Position numbers and translations under genes: made by a program. Below, piece by piece: positions 9,501 through 16,472 of a stretch of DNA of 64,000 nt. The DNA is from Flavobacteriales bacterium (GTDB taxonomy: Bacteria > Bacteroidota > Bacteroidia > Flavobacteriales_D > Sanyastnellaceae): assembly GCA_044371535.1 (NCBI GenBank), contig JBILTL010000001.1, positions 9,668 through 73,667 on the forward strand, written 5' to 3'. How positions within the stretch are numbered: the first letter of the stretch is position 1; every line of letters begins with the position of its first letter. The notes beneath the pieces are model-generated. The model did no database searches and was not told the origin of the DNA. It worked only from the letters and a program-made list of their open reading frames with translations.

Positions 9501-10346
9501 TTATTTCAATTTTCTTACCAACGCCTGAAAATACTCCTTCGACCAAATGTCTAATTCCGATTGATCTGGAATAAAACGAATGACATCGTCTTTGACTTTG
9601 TTTATATCGACTGAATTGATTTTGTTATCTAACAAGAAAATTAATTGTGCTCTGCTAATGGTTGAATCTTGCCAATCGCCGCTTTCGATTGCGCGGTTAC
9701 AAAAGTGTTCTAAGTTTAGTTGCACTCCATTCTTAATATACCACGCTAAGTCATACCAGTCGCGGCCTTTGACTCTATCCTTCCATTTTCGAAAAAGCAA
9801 AGCATGCATTTTTCCAGCGAACAGATTGGGCAAAGTAAAGCAATTGACGTAAAAAGAATATGGCCTAGTTAAGAGGAGATTTTCAGTTTCAAAATGAAGG
9901 GGAGGATTCGTATCGACTTCAATTTTTATTTTTATCATCGGCTTCGTTGTTAAACGAATCTGAGGAATAGAACTTTCAAAAATTAATTCGCTCCACAGTG
10001 TGTCTGATTTTAGAAAAGCAGAATCTATTGACGAGCTTTTTGATTTTGTTTTGTGCTGAAGATTTACCTTTAGACCAAGAGCTTCAAACTCTTCAATGAC
10101 CGAATTGAAGTATGGCTCCAGATTGAATTCAAGGTTCTTCTCCAACAGAGAAAAATCAAGATCTTCCGAAAACCTTTCAAGATCATGAAATATGCGAAGC
10201 GCAGTGCCACCATAAAATGCAGCATGCTTAAAGAAATTAGCTCTGTATAATCCAGCAAGTGTTATCTCTTGCATAATCTCTCTAAGCGCCTGTTCGGTTT
10301 CTTGAACATTCTTTGGCTCGTAAGACTCAATCCATTGCTTTATCAT
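9501..10346 (-). CDS. abiEii: AbiEii/AbiGii-family nucleotidyltransferase toxin (type IV TA / abortive infection)
   Basis: 281 aa with a DUF1814-type NTase core (FYGGTALRIFHDLERFSEDLDF). ATGA overlap with the upstream AbiEi-like gene. Confidence 0.85.
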   Translation of the reverse strand: MIKQWIESYEPKNVQETEQALREIMQEITLAGLYRANFFKHAAFYGGTALRIFHDLERFSEDLDFSLLEKNLEFNLEPYFNSVIEEFEALGLKVNLQHKTKSKSSSIDSAFLKSDTLWSELIFESSIPQIRLTTKPMIKIKIEVDTNPPLHFETENLLLTRPYSFYVNCFTLPNLFAGKMHALLFRKWKDRVKGRDWYDLAWYIKNGVQLNLEHFCNRAIESGDWQDSTISRAQLIFLLDNKINSVDINKVKDDVIRFIPDQSELDIWSKEYFQALVRKLK

Positions 10347-10981
10347 AATTCTGAAATTGCTTCAATCAGTATTTTCAAACTATTCGCCTTTGGCGCTACT
10401 GACAGCCAATTCGACATTTCTTCTATATTCAACTCGCCTAATTTTTCTTGATCTATTCGTAAATCATCCAATAAATAGGATTGTGCTTGCTTCTTACTTC
10501 GAAGATTAATTCCAGCCGTGGTTACTATTTTGTCGCAAAGACTTTTCTCGGGACTAGCTATTAACACACGCTGTGTTTCTGTGAGAGCTACTGACTGAAT
10601 ACCCAAAGGATAATACGATTTCGGGAGATGCGAAAAACTAAATGTTCCTACTTCAATTGAGAAACTCTTCGACAGTCGCACTGTAACGCTAGTTGTTTCA
10701 AATACCCTTTCCGGAATGAATCCCCAATAAGATAGAGCCGAATCTATAGACACGTAACTCGGACCGTACAATTGATTGGCAATTAAAAACGGTTCAGGAA
10801 ATGTTGAGCTTACTTTTCTTGAGGTCATATAAAGCCCCTTTCTCAATTGAGAAAGATATCCCTGTTGGACAAGATCATTTATCTTGTCATATGGACGGCT
10901 ATAACCCCTAAGTATTCCCAGCAATACTTGCGTACCAAAGGGCTGGTCTTTGAATTTTAATAGCTCTAAAACAGGGTTCAT
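10343..10981 (-). CDS. abiEi: AbiEi-family antitoxin / transcriptional autoregulator
   Basis: 212 aa with an N-terminal wHTH-like region and the conserved block LRKGLYM...LIANQLYGPSYVSIDSALSYWGFIPERV typical of AbiEi_4. Translationally coupled to abiEii. Confidence 0.8.
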   Translation of the reverse strand: MNPVLELLKFKDQPFGTQVLLGILRGYSRPYDKINDLVQQGYLSQLRKGLYMTSRKVSSTFPEPFLIANQLYGPSYVSIDSALSYWGFIPERVFETTSVTVRLSKSFSIEVGTFSFSHLPKSYYPLGIQSVALTETQRVLIASPEKSLCDKIVTTAGINLRSKKQAQSYLLDDLRIDQEKLGELNIEEMSNWLSVAPKANSLKILIEAISEL

Positions 10982-10985
10982 TTGT

Positions 10986-10993
10986 CAAATTTA
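10986..10993 (-). promoter_or_regulatory. Candidate Bacteroidota -7 box (TAAATTTG) for abiEi-abiEii
   Basis: The minus strand reads TAAATTTG-acaa-ATG, matching TAnnTTTG. The spacing implies a leaderless or near-leaderless mRNA. Confidence 0.35.
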
Positions 10994-10998
10994 AGACA

Positions 10999-11023
10999 TT
11001 AATTCGGTATTTTTCCGAATTAA
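10999..11023. promoter_or_regulatory. 9-bp inverted repeat upstream of abiEi (candidate AbiEi operator)
   Basis: ttaattcgg-tattttt-ccgaattaa is a perfect 9-bp inverted repeat with a 7-nt spacer. Its near arm starts 18 nt upstream of the abiEi ATG. Confidence 0.4.
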
Positions 11024-11043
11024 GGCGTTATTTTTTACATTTA

Positions 11044-11133
11044 CTGCGGATGACACCGAAGGTGATGACCAGCGAAGCTGGATGACAATCTGCGATTGAT
11101 GACGATTTACAATCGATGACGAACAAGTTCGAT
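11044..11133. repeat. GATGAC-word mini-hairpin array (5 units)
   Basis: GATGAC at 11049, 11064, 11081, 11098 and 11115, each followed by a 4-bp stem and triloop: acc-gaa-ggt, cagc-gaa-gctg, aatc-tgc-gatt, gatt-tac-aatc, gaac-aag-ttc. Confidence 0.85.
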
Positions 11134-11197
11134 ACCGCCCTTATTTAAGAACCTCTATTCTAAATTCGCTTGAATATGTATCCGTCTAGAAAAGACA

Positions 11198-11380
11198 ATC
11201 GCTGAACGATCAATCTGACTTCGTCAGATCAATTCTACGAATCAATCGCTACGCGATCAATCACTTCGTGATAAACTGCATCCGCAGGATTGATTGCAAC
11301 ACAATTAATCGCGTAGCGATTGATCAACAAAGTTGATTGATCACGCAGTGATTGATCCGTAGGATTGATCGCTAAGCGAT
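11198..11380. repeat. GATCAAT-word mini-hairpin array, two inverted arms (about 12 units); homologous to 9353-9494
   Basis: Left arm: atctgac-ttc-gtcagat, attc-tac-gaat, atcgc-tac-gcgat, atcac-ttc-gtgat. Centre: aaactgc. Right arm: atcc-gca-ggat, atcgc-gta-gcgat, atcaac-aaa-gttgat, atcac-gca-gtgat, atcc-gta-ggat, atcgc-taa-gcgat. Confidence 0.9.
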
Positions 11381-11386
11381 TTAGGG

Positions 11387-12721
11387 TTAACGCGCAAATG
11401 TTAGCGCCATTCCACTCCTCGTACCCGTCAACTTCCCATTCTCAAACACCAACTTGCCGTTGCACCAAGTGGATACGATTGTGCTGGAAAACGTATGTCC
11501 TTCGAACGGAGACCAACCACATTTGTATAAGAGATTTTCTTTGGTGACTGTGTAAGGTGCATTCAAATCCACCAACACTAAATCGGCACTGTAGCCTTCG
11601 CGAATGTACCCTCTGCCATCAATTTGAAACAGGTCGGCAACTGCGTGAGAAGCCTTTTCAACTATTTTCTCTAAAGTGAAAACACCCTGTTTGTGCAAGT
11701 CAATGAGTGCTTGCAAACTGTGTTGAACAAGGGGGCCACCGCTTGGTGCTTTCAAGTATTCTTGCTCTTTTTCTTCAATGGTATGCGGAGCGTGGTCGGT
11801 GGCAATGACATCTATGCGTCCATCATTTACCGCCTCCCGAATGTTCATTCGGTCGTTGAACGATTTCACTGCCGGATTCCATTTGATGTAGTTTCCTTTC
11901 GTTGCGTAGTCTTCTTCTGTGAACCACAAATGATGAATACATGCTTCCGCTGTGATGCGCTTGTCTTTCATTGGAATGGCGTTTGTAAACAACTCCAATT
12001 CCTTCGCGGTGCTGATGTGAAGTATGTGCAATCGCGCATCGTGCTTCTTGGCCAATTCAACAGCCATAGAACTTGAGGCGTAACATCCTTCGGCATTGCG
12101 AATAACAGGGTGATCGGCTGCGGTGAGTGATCTACCCGTTGCTTGTAAGGCTTCTAAATTTCTTTTGATAATACCGTCGTCTTCACAATGGGTTGCAATG
12201 AGCGTCTTCACTTTCGAGAAAATAATTTCCAACGCTTCGCGCCTTTCCACCAATAAATTTCCTGTGGAAGACCCCATGAATATTTTCACGCCACACACTT
12301 CCTTCGGATTCACTTGTGCTAAAATATCGGCGTTCTCAGGAGTGGCTCCCATGAAGAAGTTGTAATTCACTGTTGAAACTTCTGCAGCACGATTGAACTT
12401 TTGCTCAAGCAATTCAAGCGTGGTTGCACTCGGACTGGTGTTCGGCATTTCCATATAGGAAGTTACTCCGCCTGCTGCTGCTGCTGCTGATTCCGTCGTC
12501 AAATCTCCTTTGTGCGTCAACCCCGGTTCTCTGAAGTGAACCTGGTCGTCGATTAATCCCGGGAACAAATGCTTTCCTGTTCCATCTACGATTGAATCTG
12601 CGTTATTGTAATCCATAGTTCCAACCGGCAACACGTGCGCGATTTTCGAACCGTTAATCCATACGTCGCTAACGGTCTGTTTTCCTTCGTTAACAACCGT
12701 GACATTTTTAATGACTTGCAT
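11387..12721 (-). CDS. pyrC: Dihydroorotase (cyclic amidohydrolase superfamily)
   Basis: 444 aa with DDQVHFREPGLTHKGD metal-binding motif, AAAAGGVTS, ATDHAPH and further amidohydrolase motifs. Confidence 0.85.
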   Translation of the reverse strand: MQVIKNVTVVNEGKQTVSDVWINGSKIAHVLPVGTMDYNNADSIVDGTGKHLFPGLIDDQVHFREPGLTHKGDLTTESAAAAAGGVTSYMEMPNTSPSATTLELLEQKFNRAAEVSTVNYNFFMGATPENADILAQVNPKEVCGVKIFMGSSTGNLLVERREALEIIFSKVKTLIATHCEDDGIIKRNLEALQATGRSLTAADHPVIRNAEGCYASSSMAVELAKKHDARLHILHISTAKELELFTNAIPMKDKRITAEACIHHLWFTEEDYATKGNYIKWNPAVKSFNDRMNIREAVNDGRIDVIATDHAPHTIEEKEQEYLKAPSGGPLVQHSLQALIDLHKQGVFTLEKIVEKASHAVADLFQIDGRGYIREGYSADLVLVDLNAPYTVTKENLLYKCGWSPFEGHTFSSTIVSTWCNGKLVFENGKLTGTRSGMALTFAR

Positions 12722-12726
12722 AGTGA

Positions 12727-13431
12727 TTAGATTTTTTGAAAGCGCATTTTCAATACGCCAAAGAATGCTTCGTGAAAAATATTCAAACTCATCTTGCTTG
12801 TTCCTTTCACGCGGTCGGCGAAGAGAATAGGAACTTCCGCTATTTTAAATCCAAGACGCTTCGCCTTGTATTTCATTTCAATTTGAAACGCATAACCAAT
12901 GAATTGTATGCCGTCTAAATTCATTTTGGAAAGGACATCGCGATGGTAACAAACGAATCCGCCTGTGCTGTCCTTCACGCCCAATCCCAAAATTAAATTG
13001 ACATAGATGCTTCCGCCTTTGCTAATGACTCTGCGGTGCCACGGCCAATCGACAGTGCCACCTCCCTTCACATATCGAGAACCCACAGCTACGCCGCGAT
13101 TCTTTTCGCAGGCTTCCAGTAAACGTGGAAGATCTTTCGGATTGTGTGAAAAATCGCAATCCATTTCGAAAATGTATTCGTAGTTGTTCTTCAACCCCCA
13201 TTTGAATCCCGCTATGTATGCCGTTCCGAGACCTAGCTTACCGCTGCGCTCAAGGATGTGCAATCTTCCAGCAAATTCAGCTTGCTTTTCCTTCACCATT
13301 GCAGCAGTTCCATCAGGAGAACCGTCGTCTACAATAAGCAAATGAAACCCCTCGGGTTGATCGAGCACCGCGTGAATCATATCAACAATGTTCTCGCGCT
13401 CGTTGTAGGTGGGAATAATTACCAGTTTCAT
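12727..13431 (-). CDS. GT2 polyprenol-phosphate mannosyltransferase (Dpm1-like)
   Basis: MKLVIIPTYNERENI...LIVDDGSPDGT...GLGTAYIAGF...EMDCDFSH...GSRY...GYAFQIEMK. Start moved to ATG 13431. Confidence 0.85.
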   Translation of the reverse strand: MKLVIIPTYNERENIVDMIHAVLDQPEGFHLLIVDDGSPDGTAAMVKEKQAEFAGRLHILERSGKLGLGTAYIAGFKWGLKNNYEYIFEMDCDFSHNPKDLPRLLEACEKNRGVAVGSRYVKGGGTVDWPWHRRVISKGGSIYVNLILGLGVKDSTGGFVCYHRDVLSKMNLDGIQFIGYAFQIEMKYKAKRLGFKIAEVPILFADRVKGTSKMSLNIFHEAFFGVLKMRFQKI

Positions 13432-13467
13432 TTGCAACGCGAAAATACAACAGGCGCTAGGCAAATT

Positions 13468-14799
13468 CTAATTTCCGCTCGAATATTCCATTTCGGCCAT
13501 ATAACGGGCGTCGCGCATGATCATGGTATCGAGGGAAACCTTATTCACCTTGGCTTTTTCCTCAATGGCCTTCACCCAATTTGGGTCAGAAAGGATATTA
13601 TTCTTGAATTTTTGCACGCGCAATTCAAACGAATCTATGTTCTCTTCCAAAACGAAATACTTGTAGGCGTTCGAAATAAATCCCCATCCCAACTTGTCCA
13701 TGTTACACTCGGTTGCCATGATGAAGACAACGTCTGACTTCTCAATCTCTTTCATTTGTGAAAGGGGATCGGAGTTCGTGGTGATGCCTGAAGGTCGCTG
13801 ATGCAACTGCTTGTTGTAGAAGTAAAAATTCAATTCAGAAAAAATATCCGGCGCCCATGGCAATTGCATCAAATTGAAGAAGTAACTGTCGGAAATCACT
13901 GCTACTTTGGGTTGAATGCCTTTGTTTCCAAAGTCTACGCTGTACTTCATGTTGACTCCCACCCGTGGATAAGCCATCGGAAGAACATCTATTGGCCAAT
14001 ACAAATTCATTCCCAAGCCAATGTCGTCGTCTACACTTTCCATGGTTGTTTGAAGCGGTAAATTCTTCTTGTCCCACCCAAACTCGTTCATCTCCTTTCC
14101 GAAAAGATTCATACAATAATTCACCAACGAATCGGCTGCTAAAGTTGCACCATATTGACTCCAATGAATACCAGTCTTTGGGAAAAGTGGTGCAGGCGTT
14201 TTGCCCTTCATTTCACGAAACCATTTTCCGAAATCGACGTGCTGAATGCCTTTTGCCTTCAATCCTTTCTGGTATTCCGAATAATAACTTCTGTCGGAAA
14301 CCACAGGAAATTCATCGGGAATGTATTCCGGATAAAACGAAGCCTTCCCGGGATTTAATACTACCACTAGCTCAATGCCTTTTTCTTTCAATTTATTTTG
14401 AAGGGCATTCAGCATAACCAAGTTCGAATCGACTTTCGATTGACTCACCTCTTCCGCACCGCGAAAGGCATTGATGTATTTGATCTCGTACAAATAATCT
14501 TCTTTCCCGATAATAACTCCGTTGGCCTTTGCCTTTCCGAAAAGTGAATATGCAATCTGATTGTGAATGCGAACGGCAGTATTGCGAAATCCGAATTGTT
14601 CGTTGATGTAGTTGTTCCTGTTTTCTTGGTAGGTCCCGCTGAACCACGACTCTGCAGTCAATGAATCTTTTGCTGTTGGAACAATGGAACCGAAAAGATA
14701 TCCCACTTCAACAAACGGTTTCACCATTTGAATCATGGGAAGAAACATTCCGAGGAGAACGATCGAGAACAAGACGGTATGAAAGCGGTTGTTCTTCAT
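13468..14799 (-). CDS. Hypothetical AlgX/AlgJ/DltD-like partner of the MBOAT acyltransferase
   Basis: 443 aa with one N-terminal TM and a GIHWSQYGA motif resembling AlgX/AlgJ SGNH-like domains. TAATG stop/start overlap with the MBOAT gene. Confidence 0.5.
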   Translation of the reverse strand: MKNNRFHTVLFSIVLLGMFLPMIQMVKPFVEVGYLFGSIVPTAKDSLTAESWFSGTYQENRNNYINEQFGFRNTAVRIHNQIAYSLFGKAKANGVIIGKEDYLYEIKYINAFRGAEEVSQSKVDSNLVMLNALQNKLKEKGIELVVVLNPGKASFYPEYIPDEFPVVSDRSYYSEYQKGLKAKGIQHVDFGKWFREMKGKTPAPLFPKTGIHWSQYGATLAADSLVNYCMNLFGKEMNEFGWDKKNLPLQTTMESVDDDIGLGMNLYWPIDVLPMAYPRVGVNMKYSVDFGNKGIQPKVAVISDSYFFNLMQLPWAPDIFSELNFYFYNKQLHQRPSGITTNSDPLSQMKEIEKSDVVFIMATECNMDKLGWGFISNAYKYFVLEENIDSFELRVQKFKNNILSDPNWVKAIEEKAKVNKVSLDTMIMRDARYMAEMEYSSGN

Positions 14800-16250
14800 T
14801 AGAATCGGAAATAAATGAAGGGGTTAAATCCGCTTGCCGTGATGTAGCTCAACGACAAAACAAATAGGGCTGCTGAAACTACTGTCAATGCTAGATGTCC
14901 AGCGTTTCCTATACTTCGCTGACCGAATACGGCATCTTGAAATTTCGTTGTTTTTGGAAGGAGTAAGAAGAATGAAAACAAAGTCGCCAATGCGGCTATG
15001 AGCATCCATTCGGAATCAATTTTCACATCAACCGTTCCATGCGCAGAGAACATGGCTCCCACATATCCCCAAGCCAAGTGCAAATCTTCCACACGGAAAA
15101 ACACCCACCCGATTACTACCACGACAAACGTGAACGCTACGCGTGTTAGTTTACCGATGGAACCAAACCAACGAATTAAAAATGCACGTTCTAAAACCAA
15201 GAACAGTCCGTGCCAAGCGCCCCAGATGATGTAGTTCCAAGAAGCTCCGTGCCACAATCCGGAAAGCAAAAACACTAACCATAGATTGAAATACAAACGT
15301 CCTTTGCTCACCTTGTTTCCACCTAAAGGAATGTAGAGGTAATTGCGCATCCAGCTACCCAAGGTCATATGCCAACGTCTCCAGAATTCAGTAATGTTTT
15401 GCGAGATATACGGATTGTTGAAGTTCTCTGGGAATTTGAAACCGATCATTCTTCCTATACCAATCGCCATGTCGGAATAACCGCTGAAGTCGAAATAAAT
15501 TTGAAGCGTGTATGAAATCGCCGCCAGCCAAGCGGTTCCTGCGGCCAAGGTATTCGGATCAAGCGCACCAGCGCCTGTTTCGGCATTGCCATAGATGCTG
15601 TCTGCAAAGGCCGCCAGCGCATTGGCTATTAGAACCTTTTTTCCTAACCCGATACAAAATCTATAAAAACCGAGCAAACGTTCGGTACTGTTTTCTGTCT
15701 TCGAACGATCGGGAATTTGATCGGCAATGTCGTGGTACCTGATTATAGGACCTGCAATTAATTTCGGAAAAAGAATGATGTACAACTGATAGTCCCAGAA
15801 ATTTTTCAAAGGCTTGTGCACCCTTCTGAACACATCTACCACGTAGGTCAGCGTTTCAAACGTGTAAAATGAAATACCTATCGGAAGCACCAACTTCGTC
15901 CACGGGATGCTGCTTTCCAACCCCACTCCCTTCATGGCCACATTCACATTCTCGATGAAGAAGTTCATGTATTTGAAATACACCAACAGACCCAAGTTCA
16001 TGATAACCGAAAAAACCAAAAGTGCTTTTCTTTCTGTCTCGTTCTTGCTTCGATCCATTCTTCCCACCAAGAAAAAATCGATGAGGGTAGTTCCAATAAT
16101 GACGAAGATAAATTTCGGCGCACCCCATGCGTAGAAGAACACGCTTGACAGCAATAAGAAGGCATTCTTGAATTTCTTCGGACATATCCAATACAGCAGC
16201 AGAAAGGCTGGGAGGAAGATGGTTAGGAAGATTGCTGAGGAAAAAACCAT
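14799..16250 (-). CDS. MBOAT-family O-acyltransferase (AlgI/DltB-like)
   Basis: Polytopic membrane protein with FWRRWHMTLGSWMRNYLYIPLGG and LWHGASWNYIIWG motifs. Start moved to ATG 16250 (MVFSSAIFL). Confidence 0.9.
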   Translation of the reverse strand: MVFSSAIFLTIFLPAFLLLYWICPKKFKNAFLLLSSVFFYAWGAPKFIFVIIGTTLIDFFLVGRMDRSKNETERKALLVFSVIMNLGLLVYFKYMNFFIENVNVAMKGVGLESSIPWTKLVLPIGISFYTFETLTYVVDVFRRVHKPLKNFWDYQLYIILFPKLIAGPIIRYHDIADQIPDRSKTENSTERLLGFYRFCIGLGKKVLIANALAAFADSIYGNAETGAGALDPNTLAAGTAWLAAISYTLQIYFDFSGYSDMAIGIGRMIGFKFPENFNNPYISQNITEFWRRWHMTLGSWMRNYLYIPLGGNKVSKGRLYFNLWLVFLLSGLWHGASWNYIIWGAWHGLFLVLERAFLIRWFGSIGKLTRVAFTFVVVVIGWVFFRVEDLHLAWGYVGAMFSAHGTVDVKIDSEWMLIAALATLFSFFLLLPKTTKFQDAVFGQRSIGNAGHLALTVVSAALFVLSLSYITASGFNPFIYFRF

Positions 16251-16254
16251 CTCA

Positions 16255-16262
16255 CAAATATA
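16255..16262 (-). promoter_or_regulatory. Candidate -7 box (TATATTTG) for the MBOAT operon
   Basis: The minus strand reads TATATTTG-tgag-ATG, the same geometry as at abiEi. Confidence 0.3.
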
Positions 16263-16313
16263 AGGTGCTTTGAAAGTTAAGAGAAGGGAAGAAAAGTTAA
16301 GAAAGGGGAACAA

Positions 16314-16448
16314 ATCACTTCGTGATCAATTCTTCGAATCAATCGCGTTGCGATCAATCGTTCCGATAAATCCGTAGGATTGATCACCGTAGGTGATTGA
16401 TTGCACAGCAATTGATCTGACAACGTCAGATTGATCACCGCAGGTGAT
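16314..16448. repeat. GATCAAT-word mini-hairpin array, two inverted arms (9 units), in a divergent promoter region
   Basis: Left arm: atcac-ttc-gtgat, attc-ttc-gaat, atcgc-gtt-gcgat, atcg-ttc-cgat. Right arm: atcc-gta-ggat, atcacc-gta-ggtgat, attgc-aca-gcaat, atctgac-aac-gtcagat, atcacc-gca-ggtgat. Confidence 0.9.
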
Positions 16449-16456
16449 TATATTTG
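16449..16456 (+). promoter_or_regulatory. Candidate -7 box (TATATTTG) for pgm
   Basis: The TAnnTTTG match starts 1 nt after the last hairpin of the 16314-16448 array and ends 16 nt before the pgm ATG. Confidence 0.35.
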
Positions 16457-16472
16457 TTTCAAACAAAGAGAA

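Noticed and set aside
11198-11380. Dense GATC clusters in the GATCAAT arrays considered as a replication origin or SeqA/Dam-type site cluster
   Set aside because: I saw no DnaA-box (TTATCCACA-like) cluster, AT-rich unwinding element or dnaA/dnaN neighbourhood. The same GATC-rich arrays occur at four separate loci within 8 kb, which is incompatible with a unique origin. GATC arises here as part of the ...GAT-CA-ATC... stem junctions.
8776-16448. Word-plus-variable-sequence arrays considered as CRISPR arrays
   Set aside because: The constant part is only 5-7 nt and the variable parts only 8-17 nt, and each variable part is itself palindromic. CRISPR repeats are 23-50 nt with non-palindromic spacers of similar size. 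There is no leader and there are no cas genes in the window.
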